64,000 bases of DNA from an archaeon (GTDB lineage Archaea > Asgardarchaeota > Thorarchaeia > Thorarchaeales > Thorarchaeaceae). The DNA lies in contig JAJRWI010000009.1 of assembly GCA_024276825.1 (NCBI GenBank), positions 1 through 64,000 of the forward strand, in the 5' to 3' direction. The number at the start of each line of letters is the position of its first letter. Position 1 is the first letter of the stretch. This document shows, in pieces, positions 9,801 through 20,022 of this stretch. The translations under genes were made by a program, and so were the position numbers. A model generated the notes under the pieces. The model did not search any database and was not told the DNA's origin. It saw only the letters and a list, made by a program, of their open reading frames with translations.

Positions 9801-11387
9801 TTATTGACGTTCGCGATCTAGTTCTTCAGGGGTCAGCTTGTCGCCCTCATCCTCTGCAGCTTCTTCCGCCATGGTTTCAGATGTGTCTTCGTCAATACTT
9901 TGTTCAGAGGTATAAGCAGATGGTTCTTCAGATTTCGGAGCTTTTTCGACCTCTGCTGGTTCACTCACCTTTGGAGTTGTGTCGGTGGGTTCATCGCTAA
10001 CTTCAGGTTCTGGTGAAGGTGTTGGCTCACTAGGGGGCTCTTGCATAGACTCTATTTCTACTGAGAACTTTTTGATCTGATTCTTCCTCGCAATATAAAG
10101 TGCAATTATCACAGCCAGTGATAGAGCAGCTCCGATGAATGTGAGTGTTGTTTGGATCTTGCTTGTTGCACCACCCAAGAGTTGTTGCCAAGTGAGAATA
10201 AGAAACACAAGACCTGCGAGGTTCATTGCAAATCCACGAATGGGGGTTTCAATCTTGGTGATCTCAGTGAGCCCCGCATCAACCATTGCGGCACCAATGA
10301 CGCCTGCGTTATAGTCCTTGAGTTTAGTCTTCTTTGCAATCTTTCTGATTGATAGTGATTTCTTTTTGCCAAGAAGCTTAACTGCCTTGTCTGCCTTTGA
10401 AACAAGGAAATCAGCATATGCCAGACGAGCACCTGTTTCATCCAACTTGCACTTTTTGCAATAATTGGTCTTCTTATTCCATTTCCTCTTGCATTTCGGA
10501 CACTTGTCCATGAGCCATGCAGATGGGGCAATCTCACGAATCTTCTGCTTGAGTCGGAACTCAGAAACATCTTCCCTAATGGGTTCTTCAGGCTCACCCT
10601 TCTTTTTCTTTCGCTTTTTCATTTTTGCTTTGAAAAGAACGAGTGAGAATAGTGCAGGTGTTGCTCCTAGCACTGTGAGATTTGGCAACGACTTCAATTC
10701 AGAGGCTTTTTTCTGGATACTTCGAAGTTTATGAGCTGTCTGGAACCCATCAAATAATTGCCAGATACTGCTCCCCATTCCAGTGACTGCACCCACTGTG
10801 GCCACACCGGCACTTATGCCTGCAACCGATGTTATCACTGTGAGAGGATCGGCAGGGATGAGGAGATAGAAGTCCGTGCCTATCTGATAAGTTTCAGTTT
10901 CGCCCTGTATGTGATATGTGAAATTGAGAGTAGCCTTGAATAGACCAGTTGCAATGTCAACACCACTAAGTGAAAGTATCTGGCCAAAGTCAATCAATGC
11001 AGAAACAGGAGGAATGCTGACATTAGCTGGAATAACGACTTCGGATGTATTAGTATTGGGGTCTCGAACTTCCAATGGAAACAGTGCCATGTCCAAGTAG
11101 TAGAACCATATCACACCTTTCATAACAATGGGCTCAGTGTATGTATTGTTTACCTGAAGATATATCTCCATTGGGTTTTCTAAATCCACAGTGATTGGAT
11201 TCTCCTCTGTAGCATGTGTGATTGGAGTGCCATCAAGCAGAATTTTAACAGCAAGCTTATCATCATAGACGAACTCATCTGTCCATTGAGCATTGGCGAT
11301 TCCAGCCCTCGAAAAGAAAAGTGCGGCTATGAAAAGAACATATGCAAACATAATCATTCGTGACCTTGAATGTTTCATTTTGACCAC
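9801..11387 (-). CDS. Hypothetical membrane protein: signal peptide, extracellular beta domain, CxxC-CxxC zinc finger, possible wHTH, further TMs, acidic Pro-rich tail
   Basis: ANA/QW cleavage-like site; CPKC..CKKC; LSIRKIAKKTKL...MVDAGL. Confidence 0.6.
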   Translation of the reverse strand: MVKMKHSRSRMIMFAYVLFIAALFFSRAGIANAQWTDEFVYDDKLAVKILLDGTPITHATEENPITVDLENPMEIYLQVNNTYTEPIVMKGVIWFYYLDMALFPLEVRDPNTNTSEVVIPANVSIPPVSALIDFGQILSLSGVDIATGLFKATLNFTYHIQGETETYQIGTDFYLLIPADPLTVITSVAGISAGVATVGAVTGMGSSIWQLFDGFQTAHKLRSIQKKASELKSLPNLTVLGATPALFSLVLFKAKMKKRKKKKGEPEEPIREDVSEFRLKQKIREIAPSAWLMDKCPKCKRKWNKKTNYCKKCKLDETGARLAYADFLVSKADKAVKLLGKKKSLSIRKIAKKTKLKDYNAGVIGAAMVDAGLTEITKIETPIRGFAMNLAGLVFLILTWQQLLGGATSKIQTTLTFIGAALSLAVIIALYIARKNQIKKFSVEIESMQEPPSEPTPSPEPEVSDEPTDTTPKVSEPAEVEKAPKSEEPSAYTSEQSIDEDTSETMAEEAAEDEGDKLTPEELDRERQ

Positions 11388-11561
11388 TCATTTAACCTTC
11401 GATTACTGAAAGAATCATTGCTATTTCTCATTTTCTCTTTAAATCATATAATCGACTAGTGGCATATCTAATTCTAGCATTAAAAAACGCTTTGTGTATC
11501 CAATCACTTCGAAATATAATCCTATTCTGATAATATTTGAGATTGAAGGGATTATAACTTG

Positions 11562-14500
11562 TTATGTAAATATGAGCATTAAGACAAATATCGAAATTGC
11601 GCCAATTAGAGCTAGCAGTGTGATGAATCGCATGTAGACTAATTGAGGGTGCTGACTCTCCTTGATCTTCAGAAATCTACTTAGAAACAGTAGAGACGCC
11701 GAGAGTGCAAGGAGAAGACTCTGATAGAATACACCGAATATGAAGGTGAATGCAAATCCCGTGATACCAAAGGACATAGGAGCAAGGAAGAGTTGACTGG
11801 ATTCCTTTTTTAGTAATGGATAGAGAAAGATTGCGGCCACGAATACTGCAAAATAGAGAGAGGCCAAGCTCACAAAGAATATGTTTGCTGTCCAGAGATA
11901 TGAAATAGCACCAGAGAACGCTGACAACAGGACCCAAAGAATGGGAATACTGCGTGTTGGCATCCACTCAATTCGTGTCGAGATCATCATTATACATAAT
12001 GCAGGATAAAATGCTGCAAATCCGCTCAGGAGCTGAAATTGCAATGTTGGAGCAAAAGGAAGGAGCAGTAGTAAAATAGCAATTCCAGAACTGACTGGCA
12101 CAGGCACCCAAGTGATTGTGATGTATTCTGGACTCAACTCAAGTTCTTGATTGATGATGAGTATTCCGATGAACAGAGAGACCAGAATTGTGAGAAGTGC
12201 CAGATGTGGAAGATTGTGATCTGCCAAAGTCGCCATGAGTGTAATTCCCATACCTAACATTGCTAAGAAGCCACTTGCATAGCCAAAGCGGCTCCTCACC
12301 GTTCTTCGGACAATTGCAATCAAGACAAGAAGTAGTCCAAGGATCATGAGTGGCATGCTGAAGCTTGGAATTGTGTATAACAGACCTTGAGGGTTCATGT
12401 TGACAAAATCACTGAAGAATGGGTAAGAGAGCACACCGAGAGTAATGGAGAAGGCAATTGAGAATATCGCCCACATGAAATAGCCCCATTTCTCGAATAG
12501 CTTTTTCACATACATCATAAACTGCTTGAAGGCCTGAACAATAAGCACACCAAGGTTGAAAAAGTTTCGAGCAATAAAGACGAGTGCAGGAAATATCACT
12601 GGAATCTCCAGAATAAAGAAGACGAACAGACCAGGGAGTAAGGCGTCCGCCAATGTGATTTCAAGAGCTAGTTGGTTAGTTAAGAGTGCCAAGAAGCCAA
12701 ATAATCCCATTATTCCCCAACTGCCTTTGGCAAATCTCCTATACTGCATCGCCCAGCCTAAGAGAGACAGAATTAATGTGGAGGTAGCCAAGTAGGTCAA
12801 AACATTCGAGAATACAAGCATTTGAGAGATCTCGCCCGAAGGCATCAGAAGTCCAAAGAGCAAAAGAAATGCATCAAACCAAATAGATGGCAAAGTGAAC
12901 TTCTTTAGATAGTCAAGCCGTAAGTCTTGGAAATAGAATATTTCTGAAATGATAAAAATGACTGCAGCTCCAAGACCAATTGCAAGTGAAACAACATAAT
13001 GACGGATTGGGATGTTCATAATGGAACTCGGTTGGAAGAGTAAATAGGTGAGAATTCCGCCAACAACCCCAAACATGAATGGAAAAACGATGACGGACCT
13101 CTCAAAGTGTTCATCATACTCATTCTTGATGAAATTGACCAGTCTTATAGCGAGAGGATAGGTTATTGATAGGGCTAAAAGCATCCAAATGATCAGGGTC
13201 ATGAGTATCAATTGATTGATTGGCATTATCAGAAGATTCCTCATATAAAACAGAACAGCAACACCAATCGAACCTACGAGATTGATTACTTTGATGAGGG
13301 ATTTTGGACAATTGTACCAGATTGAGAACAAGACCAAGCCAGCTCCAGCCATGACAATACATCCCACACCAAATGCAACTAGAACATCAGCAGTCAAAAG
13401 ATATGTAATGGCTGAGGAGTAGATGAAAGCACCCAAGACCGCGGGGAACCAAGCGCCATGAACTACGCGATCTTCCATTGGTAGATGGTTTGCTCGTTCA
13501 CCCAAGTAGAATCCAGGTGTTGCAACCAATGAGAATACAATCATGACACTGCCAAAGTATTGAAAAATAGCTATTGATGAATTAACTGCATACATTGTCA
13601 AATGGGCAGGCAATGAGTAGATCAATGCGAAGACTAATGACACCAGTTCCCATGCTGGTTCAAATTGGAACCACGACACAGGTCGAGTCATTGGCAAGAT
13701 TATTGTGAGTAGTGAGATGAATGTGGCGCCAAGGAGAATATCATTGAGTGGCAGTGTGTAAATGAATACTGAATGCCAGATCCATATTGATTCTAGAAAC
13801 ACTATAAACAGGGATGAGGACACAGCTTGAATCATTCCCTGACTGAGTCCATCAAATGGGTTCCAGAGCTCAAACAGCGAATACATAAACAGACCTGTGA
13901 TCAAGACCAGAACCACGCTTTCAAATATGGGATAGATTTGATACCAGAGGATGGATACGAACCCTGAAACTATCAGGCCCAAGATTCGCCAATGAAATCG
14001 TGGATGAGGACCAACCTTTGATCGCACAATTGATATAAAAAGTAAGGGCAAGAGTCCAATTAGAATTGGCACTATTGAATTGGGTGGCATAATCACTGAG
14101 AGATATCGGAACCCAGTGAGGGAGAGGAAGCCACAACCAACCAACGAGATTATCACGGTTATTGTTTCAGAAATATCAGAGCCACCCGAGAAGTAGAGCA
14201 CTATGATGAAAACAAAGATACTCAAGAATATTGAAACCTGAAGGTCAATGAGATTATAGCTGAACATGAAGACAAATAAAGCAGACAGAGCAGAACGAAA
14301 GAGTCCCAGGCCAAATACAAAATCACTCAGATCGAATGGCATATTGGGAGTCTTTCTCAACAGTTCAACGGCCAAGAGTAGTCCAATGGCTGGCGAAGCA
14401 ATAGTGAATGGGTACAGTCCATAGGCCACAAGTATTGCGAGTGAAATTGAGAAGAACATCCAAATCTGATACATGAATCGTCTGCGTGGGATGAATAACA

Positions 14501-17500
14501 ACAGGAAGGACTCTATTGTGAGGTAGATTAAAACAAACAAGAGAAGATTGTATGCTGACGTGTATAGTATTGAGAAAAGGCTCGCTAATGAAAGGCTTGT
14601 TAGTGATATATAACCAACCAACTCTCGTTTCTCTGGTCCTAGATAGAGTAATGCAATCAATGAATAACCAAGGGCAAGCACTAGTGCCTGCGAGATAATA
14701 CTCATTGGTAAAAGGAATACTCCATATGTGATCATTGTTGCTGCAAAGATTGTAATTGAGATATTGCGGACGATAGGCTTTTCTAGAAGGTGAGAGGACA
14801 TGGCTGAAAACATGCCAAATATGATGATTGCAAGTAATGTTGATAGAAATGCATCGGGAATTCGAATCAGGCGGACCAAGAGTATACTGACTAATACATC
14901 AAACATATAGGAAACAATCGTTAGTATAATTCCATATTCTGCTTTGCGGACCACCAGTGATGGAATCCAAAGAATGATGAAGAGCACTACAAAAAAGATA
15001 AAGACATCTAGGTAAGTCTGGAATAATGGGAAGATATGAGGGATGAATATCATTATGACATATAATGAGATGACTCCAGCAAAAATTGCAGAAAAGATGA
15101 CGAGATAGAGGGCAATATACATTGCAGCGATCCGAATTGCAAGAGCGTATTGATGATATACGAGAGGGATGGGAATTAATAGGAGAACAATCAAAATGCC
15201 AGTGATGCCATAACCCAATAGGTAAATCCATAGACTTCCACAGCCTAATGCTATCACAAAATATGTAGCATCGAGCACTCGACCTTTGACAGATGAACGC
15301 CTTAATGGGAGTAGACCAAGGCCAAATATGAGTCCAATTTGGGAGTGTGAAGTAAGATCTGCTGGAAGATAGTTAAAGTAGTAATATGAGAGTGCAAGCA
15401 TCAATACTGAGAGCCAAACTGCTGGAAAGACAAACTTCTGGACAACCTCGGGGTAATGCTGTCTTGTCAATGCAACGAACACAAACACTATGGAAAGCAT
15501 GGTTAGAACAGCAAGAATTGGGTTCGTAATATTGAGTAAAGTGACAGCATTCACTGCTATTACAATGGATAGGGCTATCAATATGCTTGAGTATAGGTTG
15601 GGATGTTCACTCCTTCGCCTAAACAGCGCAGGAAACCAGAAACAGAAGGTGATTAGGACAAAGAGAAATGAAGCAGACATCAGAGGATTTGGATATGCTG
15701 AAAACAAAGGCAAGAAGTAATGTGTTAGGTAAGCAGCCAGGACAACTGCAACAACAGCTGCTACAATCACAAGATGGGCAATAGCAACAACAATGAGAAG
15801 TTGAATAATTCGCCTGATAGCACTTGCCAGAAATATTGAGAATCGATAATACAATTCATAGGTGACAGGAAGGGGTAGCAAAAGAGCTGCAAAAAAGGTA
15901 ATCAAGTAATCACCAGTGATCATAAACAGGTACATGACAGCAGAGGGGACCACTGTTAGAAGATAGACAGCGTTTGGAAACTTGGAGGGAACACCGATCG
16001 CACGAATAGGGAACCAGCCAATACCAAATAGTATTGCTGACAACGAGGCTGCTGTCAAAGCTCCCAGATCAGGTTCTAGTATATAAAAACCCTGAAGTGA
16101 GAGTGTGAGAAGAGCAAATGTCCACGAAGTTGAAAATAATAGGTGTTTAATCGACTCGGAAAATAATCGGTTTCCACCAGCAAGTGTGATTGAAAAAATT
16201 GAAGCACTGATTAGTAGTCTAACAACAATGACAAATTCTGTGAAGAAAAGAAAACCGAATAATGCCATTGAAACAGCCAGTGCAATTATTGAGGTCCTCT
16301 TGATGGACTCTGTGATACTCTCGTTCATTAAGACTGCAGGCAGGAAGAAGAGCAGATATAGTGTTGACAACATTGAGCTGAAGAGCATTGGATCAGAGAG
16401 AAACATCTCTTGAAGGTAGAACCATGTGATTGAGGAGAACACCATAAGAAGTAGAACACCCCAGACTGCAATGTAATGTCTTTTAATGAATTCCATTGAA
16501 ATTATAGCGAATCTGACATAATGCGACCAGAGGAGTGGGGCCAATAGTGTAATGGCAACTGGAACGACAGCAAGAATGAGTCCTGAATATGCCCATGCTA
16601 AATACGAAACTCCCAAAACACCAAAGACATAAGGACATGAGATGTATTGTTTCCTTAATCCAATTCTCAAGAGTGAGATTGAGAGCAAAAACCATGCTGA
16701 TGCAAGGCCAAGTGAAATTTGAATACTATAATCAAGTGGATAATATGCTGCCCAAAAGGTGAACACTGAATAGGAAGCGAGTGTTGCAAAGACTGAGGGA
16801 ATGACAAGCCGAACTCTGGTTCTAAGAGATTCAATCTGAGCAAGGCCGATAGTTCCAAGGGTTGTAAATATCATACATCCGAGAGCAACAACAAGGAGTA
16901 AGGAATTCTCAAATGTGATCAAGAATGGATACAAGTATAATATTACTAAAAGAGTGAAGACAGTATCACCAATGATACCTGAGATGAGTATATGCGACCG
17001 AACCCAGTATTTCAATTCCCTGAATACATGAACAATTCTAAGCCATAGTAATTTCCATAATCTACGGATACTTCGAAATAGACCCGAGAGACCAGCTATG
17101 AAGAGTAAGATTGAGTAAGACACCGAATGGACTAGTTGCCATGCAAAATATTGGGTCCAGACAAAAAGTACCGAGCACCCGAAGATTAGGGCGGATAGCC
17201 CAATTACTCTCACATAGATGGATTCTTTCTCTCGATTTATAACGAATGCAAACCGTAAGAAGACAGGAGCAGGAGCGAGAATAAGAGCAGAGAAAAGCAA
17301 GGCCAAGGGGAGCATTAATATCATGAAGGAGGGTGATATGATCCAGCCTGTCCTTGAAGCCATCCAAAGAAATAGGAATGGTTCTCCAATAGCAATAAAG
17401 ACCATTGCAATACTTGACAGAGCATGACCATCATAGGGGTCAATCAACCATGGAATCTTAACATCCACTTCTCCCTCAGATTCTTGCTCAGTTAATGATT

Positions 17501-18320
17501 CGGAATCATCAATCTCAATGCCCATCATGGTCATTATGTGGATTTGTTTCTCTGACTTCTTCTTTATCCTCTCCTTTCGTGTGAATAGGTATAGTTGCAT
17601 TCGTCGAAAGATTTGAGACATAGCTAGAAGGCCGATTCCAGAGCCCGTCAAGAATAGAGAGGACAAAATAAGTAAATCAATTGTAGGACCAGAGAGCGAT
17701 ACAATCTCGATTGAAAGTATCCCAATTGAGAATGAGAGGATGAATGCTGACACAATGCCAAGTCTTGGTTTTCTGATAAAATATTGATAAATCTGAATAT
17801 AGACATATAACACAACTAGGGCAATAATCAATGACCATGTGAAAAGTCCTGTGAAGAAGTTCACTGTCAAGAATGATGCTAGGGGAGCAGTCACTAAGAT
17901 GATTGCAGAAAATAGTTTTCCAATCAGTCCCCATCTAGCGCGTGATATCTCTCCCCGTCTAAACAGATTAAACAGAATCACAAGTGATAATAGGGAGAAT
18001 GTATGAAAGCAAGCGACTGTTGCGTGTATTGCAGCCCAGCCTATACTCAGAGAAACAGCTGCAGACACATTGCTTATCATCAGCAGTGTTGTTCCTAATC
18101 TGTTCCGCTTCACCAAAAGCAGAAGGAATCCGCCCACTGCAACTCCCACAGCAGCTGACATCAATATTCGAACAACCGCATCTGGGATCACTGGTTCAAG
18201 TACAAAGTATACCATTGATAGAATTGCAACAGGCAGAATGAGTCCAAATACAACAATAGCAGCAAATGAATAGAGATAGTCTGCCCATTTCTTGACCCTA
18301 AGCGTGCTATCGGCGGTCAT
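11562..18320 (-). CDS. Giant polytopic membrane protein of unknown function (2252 aa)
   Basis: Uninterrupted 6.8-kb ORF made almost wholly of hydrophobic segments with short basic loops. Confidence 0.75.
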   Translation of the reverse strand: MTADSTLRVKKWADYLYSFAAIVVFGLILPVAILSMVYFVLEPVIPDAVVRILMSAAVGVAVGGFLLLLVKRNRLGTTLLMISNVSAAVSLSIGWAAIHATVACFHTFSLLSLVILFNLFRRGEISRARWGLIGKLFSAIILVTAPLASFLTVNFFTGLFTWSLIIALVVLYVYIQIYQYFIRKPRLGIVSAFILSFSIGILSIEIVSLSGPTIDLLILSSLFLTGSGIGLLAMSQIFRRMQLYLFTRKERIKKKSEKQIHIMTMMGIEIDDSESLTEQESEGEVDVKIPWLIDPYDGHALSSIAMVFIAIGEPFLFLWMASRTGWIISPSFMILMLPLALLFSALILAPAPVFLRFAFVINREKESIYVRVIGLSALIFGCSVLFVWTQYFAWQLVHSVSYSILLFIAGLSGLFRSIRRLWKLLWLRIVHVFRELKYWVRSHILISGIIGDTVFTLLVILYLYPFLITFENSLLLVVALGCMIFTTLGTIGLAQIESLRTRVRLVIPSVFATLASYSVFTFWAAYYPLDYSIQISLGLASAWFLLSISLLRIGLRKQYISCPYVFGVLGVSYLAWAYSGLILAVVPVAITLLAPLLWSHYVRFAIISMEFIKRHYIAVWGVLLLMVFSSITWFYLQEMFLSDPMLFSSMLSTLYLLFFLPAVLMNESITESIKRTSIIALAVSMALFGFLFFTEFVIVVRLLISASIFSITLAGGNRLFSESIKHLLFSTSWTFALLTLSLQGFYILEPDLGALTAASLSAILFGIGWFPIRAIGVPSKFPNAVYLLTVVPSAVMYLFMITGDYLITFFAALLLPLPVTYELYYRFSIFLASAIRRIIQLLIVVAIAHLVIVAAVVAVVLAAYLTHYFLPLFSAYPNPLMSASFLFVLITFCFWFPALFRRRSEHPNLYSSILIALSIVIAVNAVTLLNITNPILAVLTMLSIVFVFVALTRQHYPEVVQKFVFPAVWLSVLMLALSYYYFNYLPADLTSHSQIGLIFGLGLLPLRRSSVKGRVLDATYFVIALGCGSLWIYLLGYGITGILIVLLLIPIPLVYHQYALAIRIAAMYIALYLVIFSAIFAGVISLYVIMIFIPHIFPLFQTYLDVFIFFVVLFIILWIPSLVVRKAEYGIILTIVSYMFDVLVSILLVRLIRIPDAFLSTLLAIIIFGMFSAMSSHLLEKPIVRNISITIFAATMITYGVFLLPMSIISQALVLALGYSLIALLYLGPEKRELVGYISLTSLSLASLFSILYTSAYNLLLFVLIYLTIESFLLLFIPRRRFMYQIWMFFSISLAILVAYGLYPFTIASPAIGLLLAVELLRKTPNMPFDLSDFVFGLGLFRSALSALFVFMFSYNLIDLQVSIFLSIFVFIIVLYFSGGSDISETITVIISLVGCGFLSLTGFRYLSVIMPPNSIVPILIGLLPLLFISIVRSKVGPHPRFHWRILGLIVSGFVSILWYQIYPIFESVVLVLITGLFMYSLFELWNPFDGLSQGMIQAVSSSLFIVFLESIWIWHSVFIYTLPLNDILLGATFISLLTIILPMTRPVSWFQFEPAWELVSLVFALIYSLPAHLTMYAVNSSIAIFQYFGSVMIVFSLVATPGFYLGERANHLPMEDRVVHGAWFPAVLGAFIYSSAITYLLTADVLVAFGVGCIVMAGAGLVLFSIWYNCPKSLIKVINLVGSIGVAVLFYMRNLLIMPINQLILMTLIIWMLLALSITYPLAIRLVNFIKNEYDEHFERSVIVFPFMFGVVGGILTYLLFQPSSIMNIPIRHYVVSLAIGLGAAVIFIISEIFYFQDLRLDYLKKFTLPSIWFDAFLLLFGLLMPSGEISQMLVFSNVLTYLATSTLILSLLGWAMQYRRFAKGSWGIMGLFGFLALLTNQLALEITLADALLPGLFVFFILEIPVIFPALVFIARNFFNLGVLIVQAFKQFMMYVKKLFEKWGYFMWAIFSIAFSITLGVLSYPFFSDFVNMNPQGLLYTIPSFSMPLMILGLLLVLIAIVRRTVRSRFGYASGFLAMLGMGITLMATLADHNLPHLALLTILVSLFIGILIINQELELSPEYITITWVPVPVSSGIAILLLLLPFAPTLQFQLLSGFAAFYPALCIMMISTRIEWMPTRSIPILWVLLSAFSGAISYLWTANIFFVSLASLYFAVFVAAIFLYPLLKKESSQLFLAPMSFGITGFAFTFIFGVFYQSLLLALSASLLFLSRFLKIKESQHPQLVYMRFITLLALIGAISIFVLMLIFT

Positions 18321-18608
18321 GATAATTCGTTCCTAAAGTACCTCTTAACCTACGAGCGGTTATCCCCATGAACCTTTGAAACTATAGTCATTTAATATTT
18401 ACTGGAACAGCAGCGATTGAGCGGTAATTTCCATTAAATTTCATTTTAAGTGGTCATTCAATCATGATGTTTCAACATACAGGAGAATAATTCATTTCGA
18501 GCCACATTATTGATTGAATAATTGAATTGAGTCAGCAGTTTATGGATTATGTAAAAATGCGCAGTCCTTTTATGATTTAAAGCACCCTAGAAAGATGAGG
18601 ACACGCCA

Positions 18609-19118
18609 TTGCCAGAGAAAATAGAATGTAGGTATTGTGGGAGAATTTATTCAGAAGGCCAGACTGTCTGCACGAATTGTGGTGCGAGTCTTGCTGATGG
18701 ATTTCGAAGACTCACATGTGATAAATGTGGAAGGCCAGTGCCTGATGGAACAGACCCCGTGGGCAAATGTGTCACCTGTGGCAAAGAGGTCTATCTCTGT
18801 GACAAACATTTCAAGAGACTAAAGGATGATGAGGTCTTCTGTAATGAGCATGAGTCAGAGTGCTTTATCGCCACTGCTGTCTTTGGGACACCACTGGATC
18901 CACATCTCGACATTCTGAGGGAGTTCAGGGACAAATGGCTTCTGACCACGCCCATTGGTAGGGTTGCTGTTTTTACATACTATGAGATTTCACCACCAAT
19001 TGCAAGGAAAACGAGAAAAAGCCCCATTTTAAAGAAGATATTCAGGACAATATTAGTAGAACCTGGCCTAGGTCTTGCACGCATTGTACTTGGAAAGGAC
19101 TCCGATGAAGGCATCTGA
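18609..19118 (+). CDS. Zinc-ribbon protein with CFI-box-CTERM domain
   Basis: Four CxxC pairs plus CxxH, then CFIATAVFG...LREFRD...IGR...YYEISPPIA. Confidence 0.75.
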   Translation: MPEKIECRYCGRIYSEGQTVCTNCGASLADGFRRLTCDKCGRPVPDGTDPVGKCVTCGKEVYLCDKHFKRLKDDEVFCNEHESECFIATAVFGTPLDPHLDILREFRDKWLLTTPIGRVAVFTYYEISPPIARKTRKSPILKKIFRTILVEPGLGLARIVLGKDSDEGI

Positions 19119-19134
19119 TCAAGGTTGAAGATTG

Positions 19135-20022
19135 ATGAGAGTAAGAATCGGCGACACAGTGATTCCATATCCTATCAATCGAATTGTGGGCCATCTTCGA
19201 CTGGTGGGACTATCATACAATGATTGCTTCAGATTGACCCAGCCACTATATAATAATGCCCGGATTTTTGAGCTATCCGAACTATTGGAATATTTGAATA
19301 AAGAAATATTCAATATATCGGAAGAAGCGGCGGAGTCGTTTGAATTGATAAACAGGTATCAGGGTCTCAGGAGGTCGAAGAGGGGCGTGCCGCCAATCAT
19401 CATAGTCCTTGAAGGAGCTTCTGCAACGGGCAAGTCATTGCTGAGTATCTCCGTCATATCAAATCTGGGTCTAGCCAGAATAATCAGTACAGACAGCGTC
19501 CGACAGATATTACGATCCGTCATCAGCAAGGATGAGCACCCAGAATTGTTCTGTCATACTTATCAGGCCCACAAGTACAGAATGAGCGGCAACCCCAGAT
19601 TGAGCGAGTCAGTGAGGGGATTTCTCGCACAGGTGGACTTGATGAGGTCTGCATTGGAAAGTGCCGTGCAATTACTCATCAGTGAGGGTGCTGATGGAAT
19701 GATAGAGGGAGTCCATATTGTGCCAGGGTCATTCTCAAGGCTTGAGAAGAGTGTTCTTGAAATCTTGATACATCCCAGTGCTGAGATGCACAAAATGATG
19801 TTCATTTCAAAGAGCAAGGCTGCAGCATTGAAGTCAGTCAGTAATGATGAACAGATCAGAAGAGTCGAGTTCAAAGCGACGCGTGAGATACAGGACTACA
19901 TGTATGAGCAGGCAACGAAGAACGGGGTCCCAATAATCCAACTAGAGGATTATGAGAGTGCAGAGAATGAGCTTAATGCACTCATTCTCCGCAGAGTCCG
20001 AGAACTTGTGAGCGAGTTTTAG
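19135..20022 (+). CDS. 2-phosphoglycerate kinase-like P-loop kinase
   Basis: EGASATGKS Walker A, IISTDSVRQILR, IEGVHIVPG, REIQDY. Confidence 0.75.
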   Translation: MRVRIGDTVIPYPINRIVGHLRLVGLSYNDCFRLTQPLYNNARIFELSELLEYLNKEIFNISEEAAESFELINRYQGLRRSKRGVPPIIIVLEGASATGKSLLSISVISNLGLARIISTDSVRQILRSVISKDEHPELFCHTYQAHKYRMSGNPRLSESVRGFLAQVDLMRSALESAVQLLISEGADGMIEGVHIVPGSFSRLEKSVLEILIHPSAEMHKMMFISKSKAAALKSVSNDEQIRRVEFKATREIQDYMYEQATKNGVPIIQLEDYESAENELNALILRRVRELVSEF

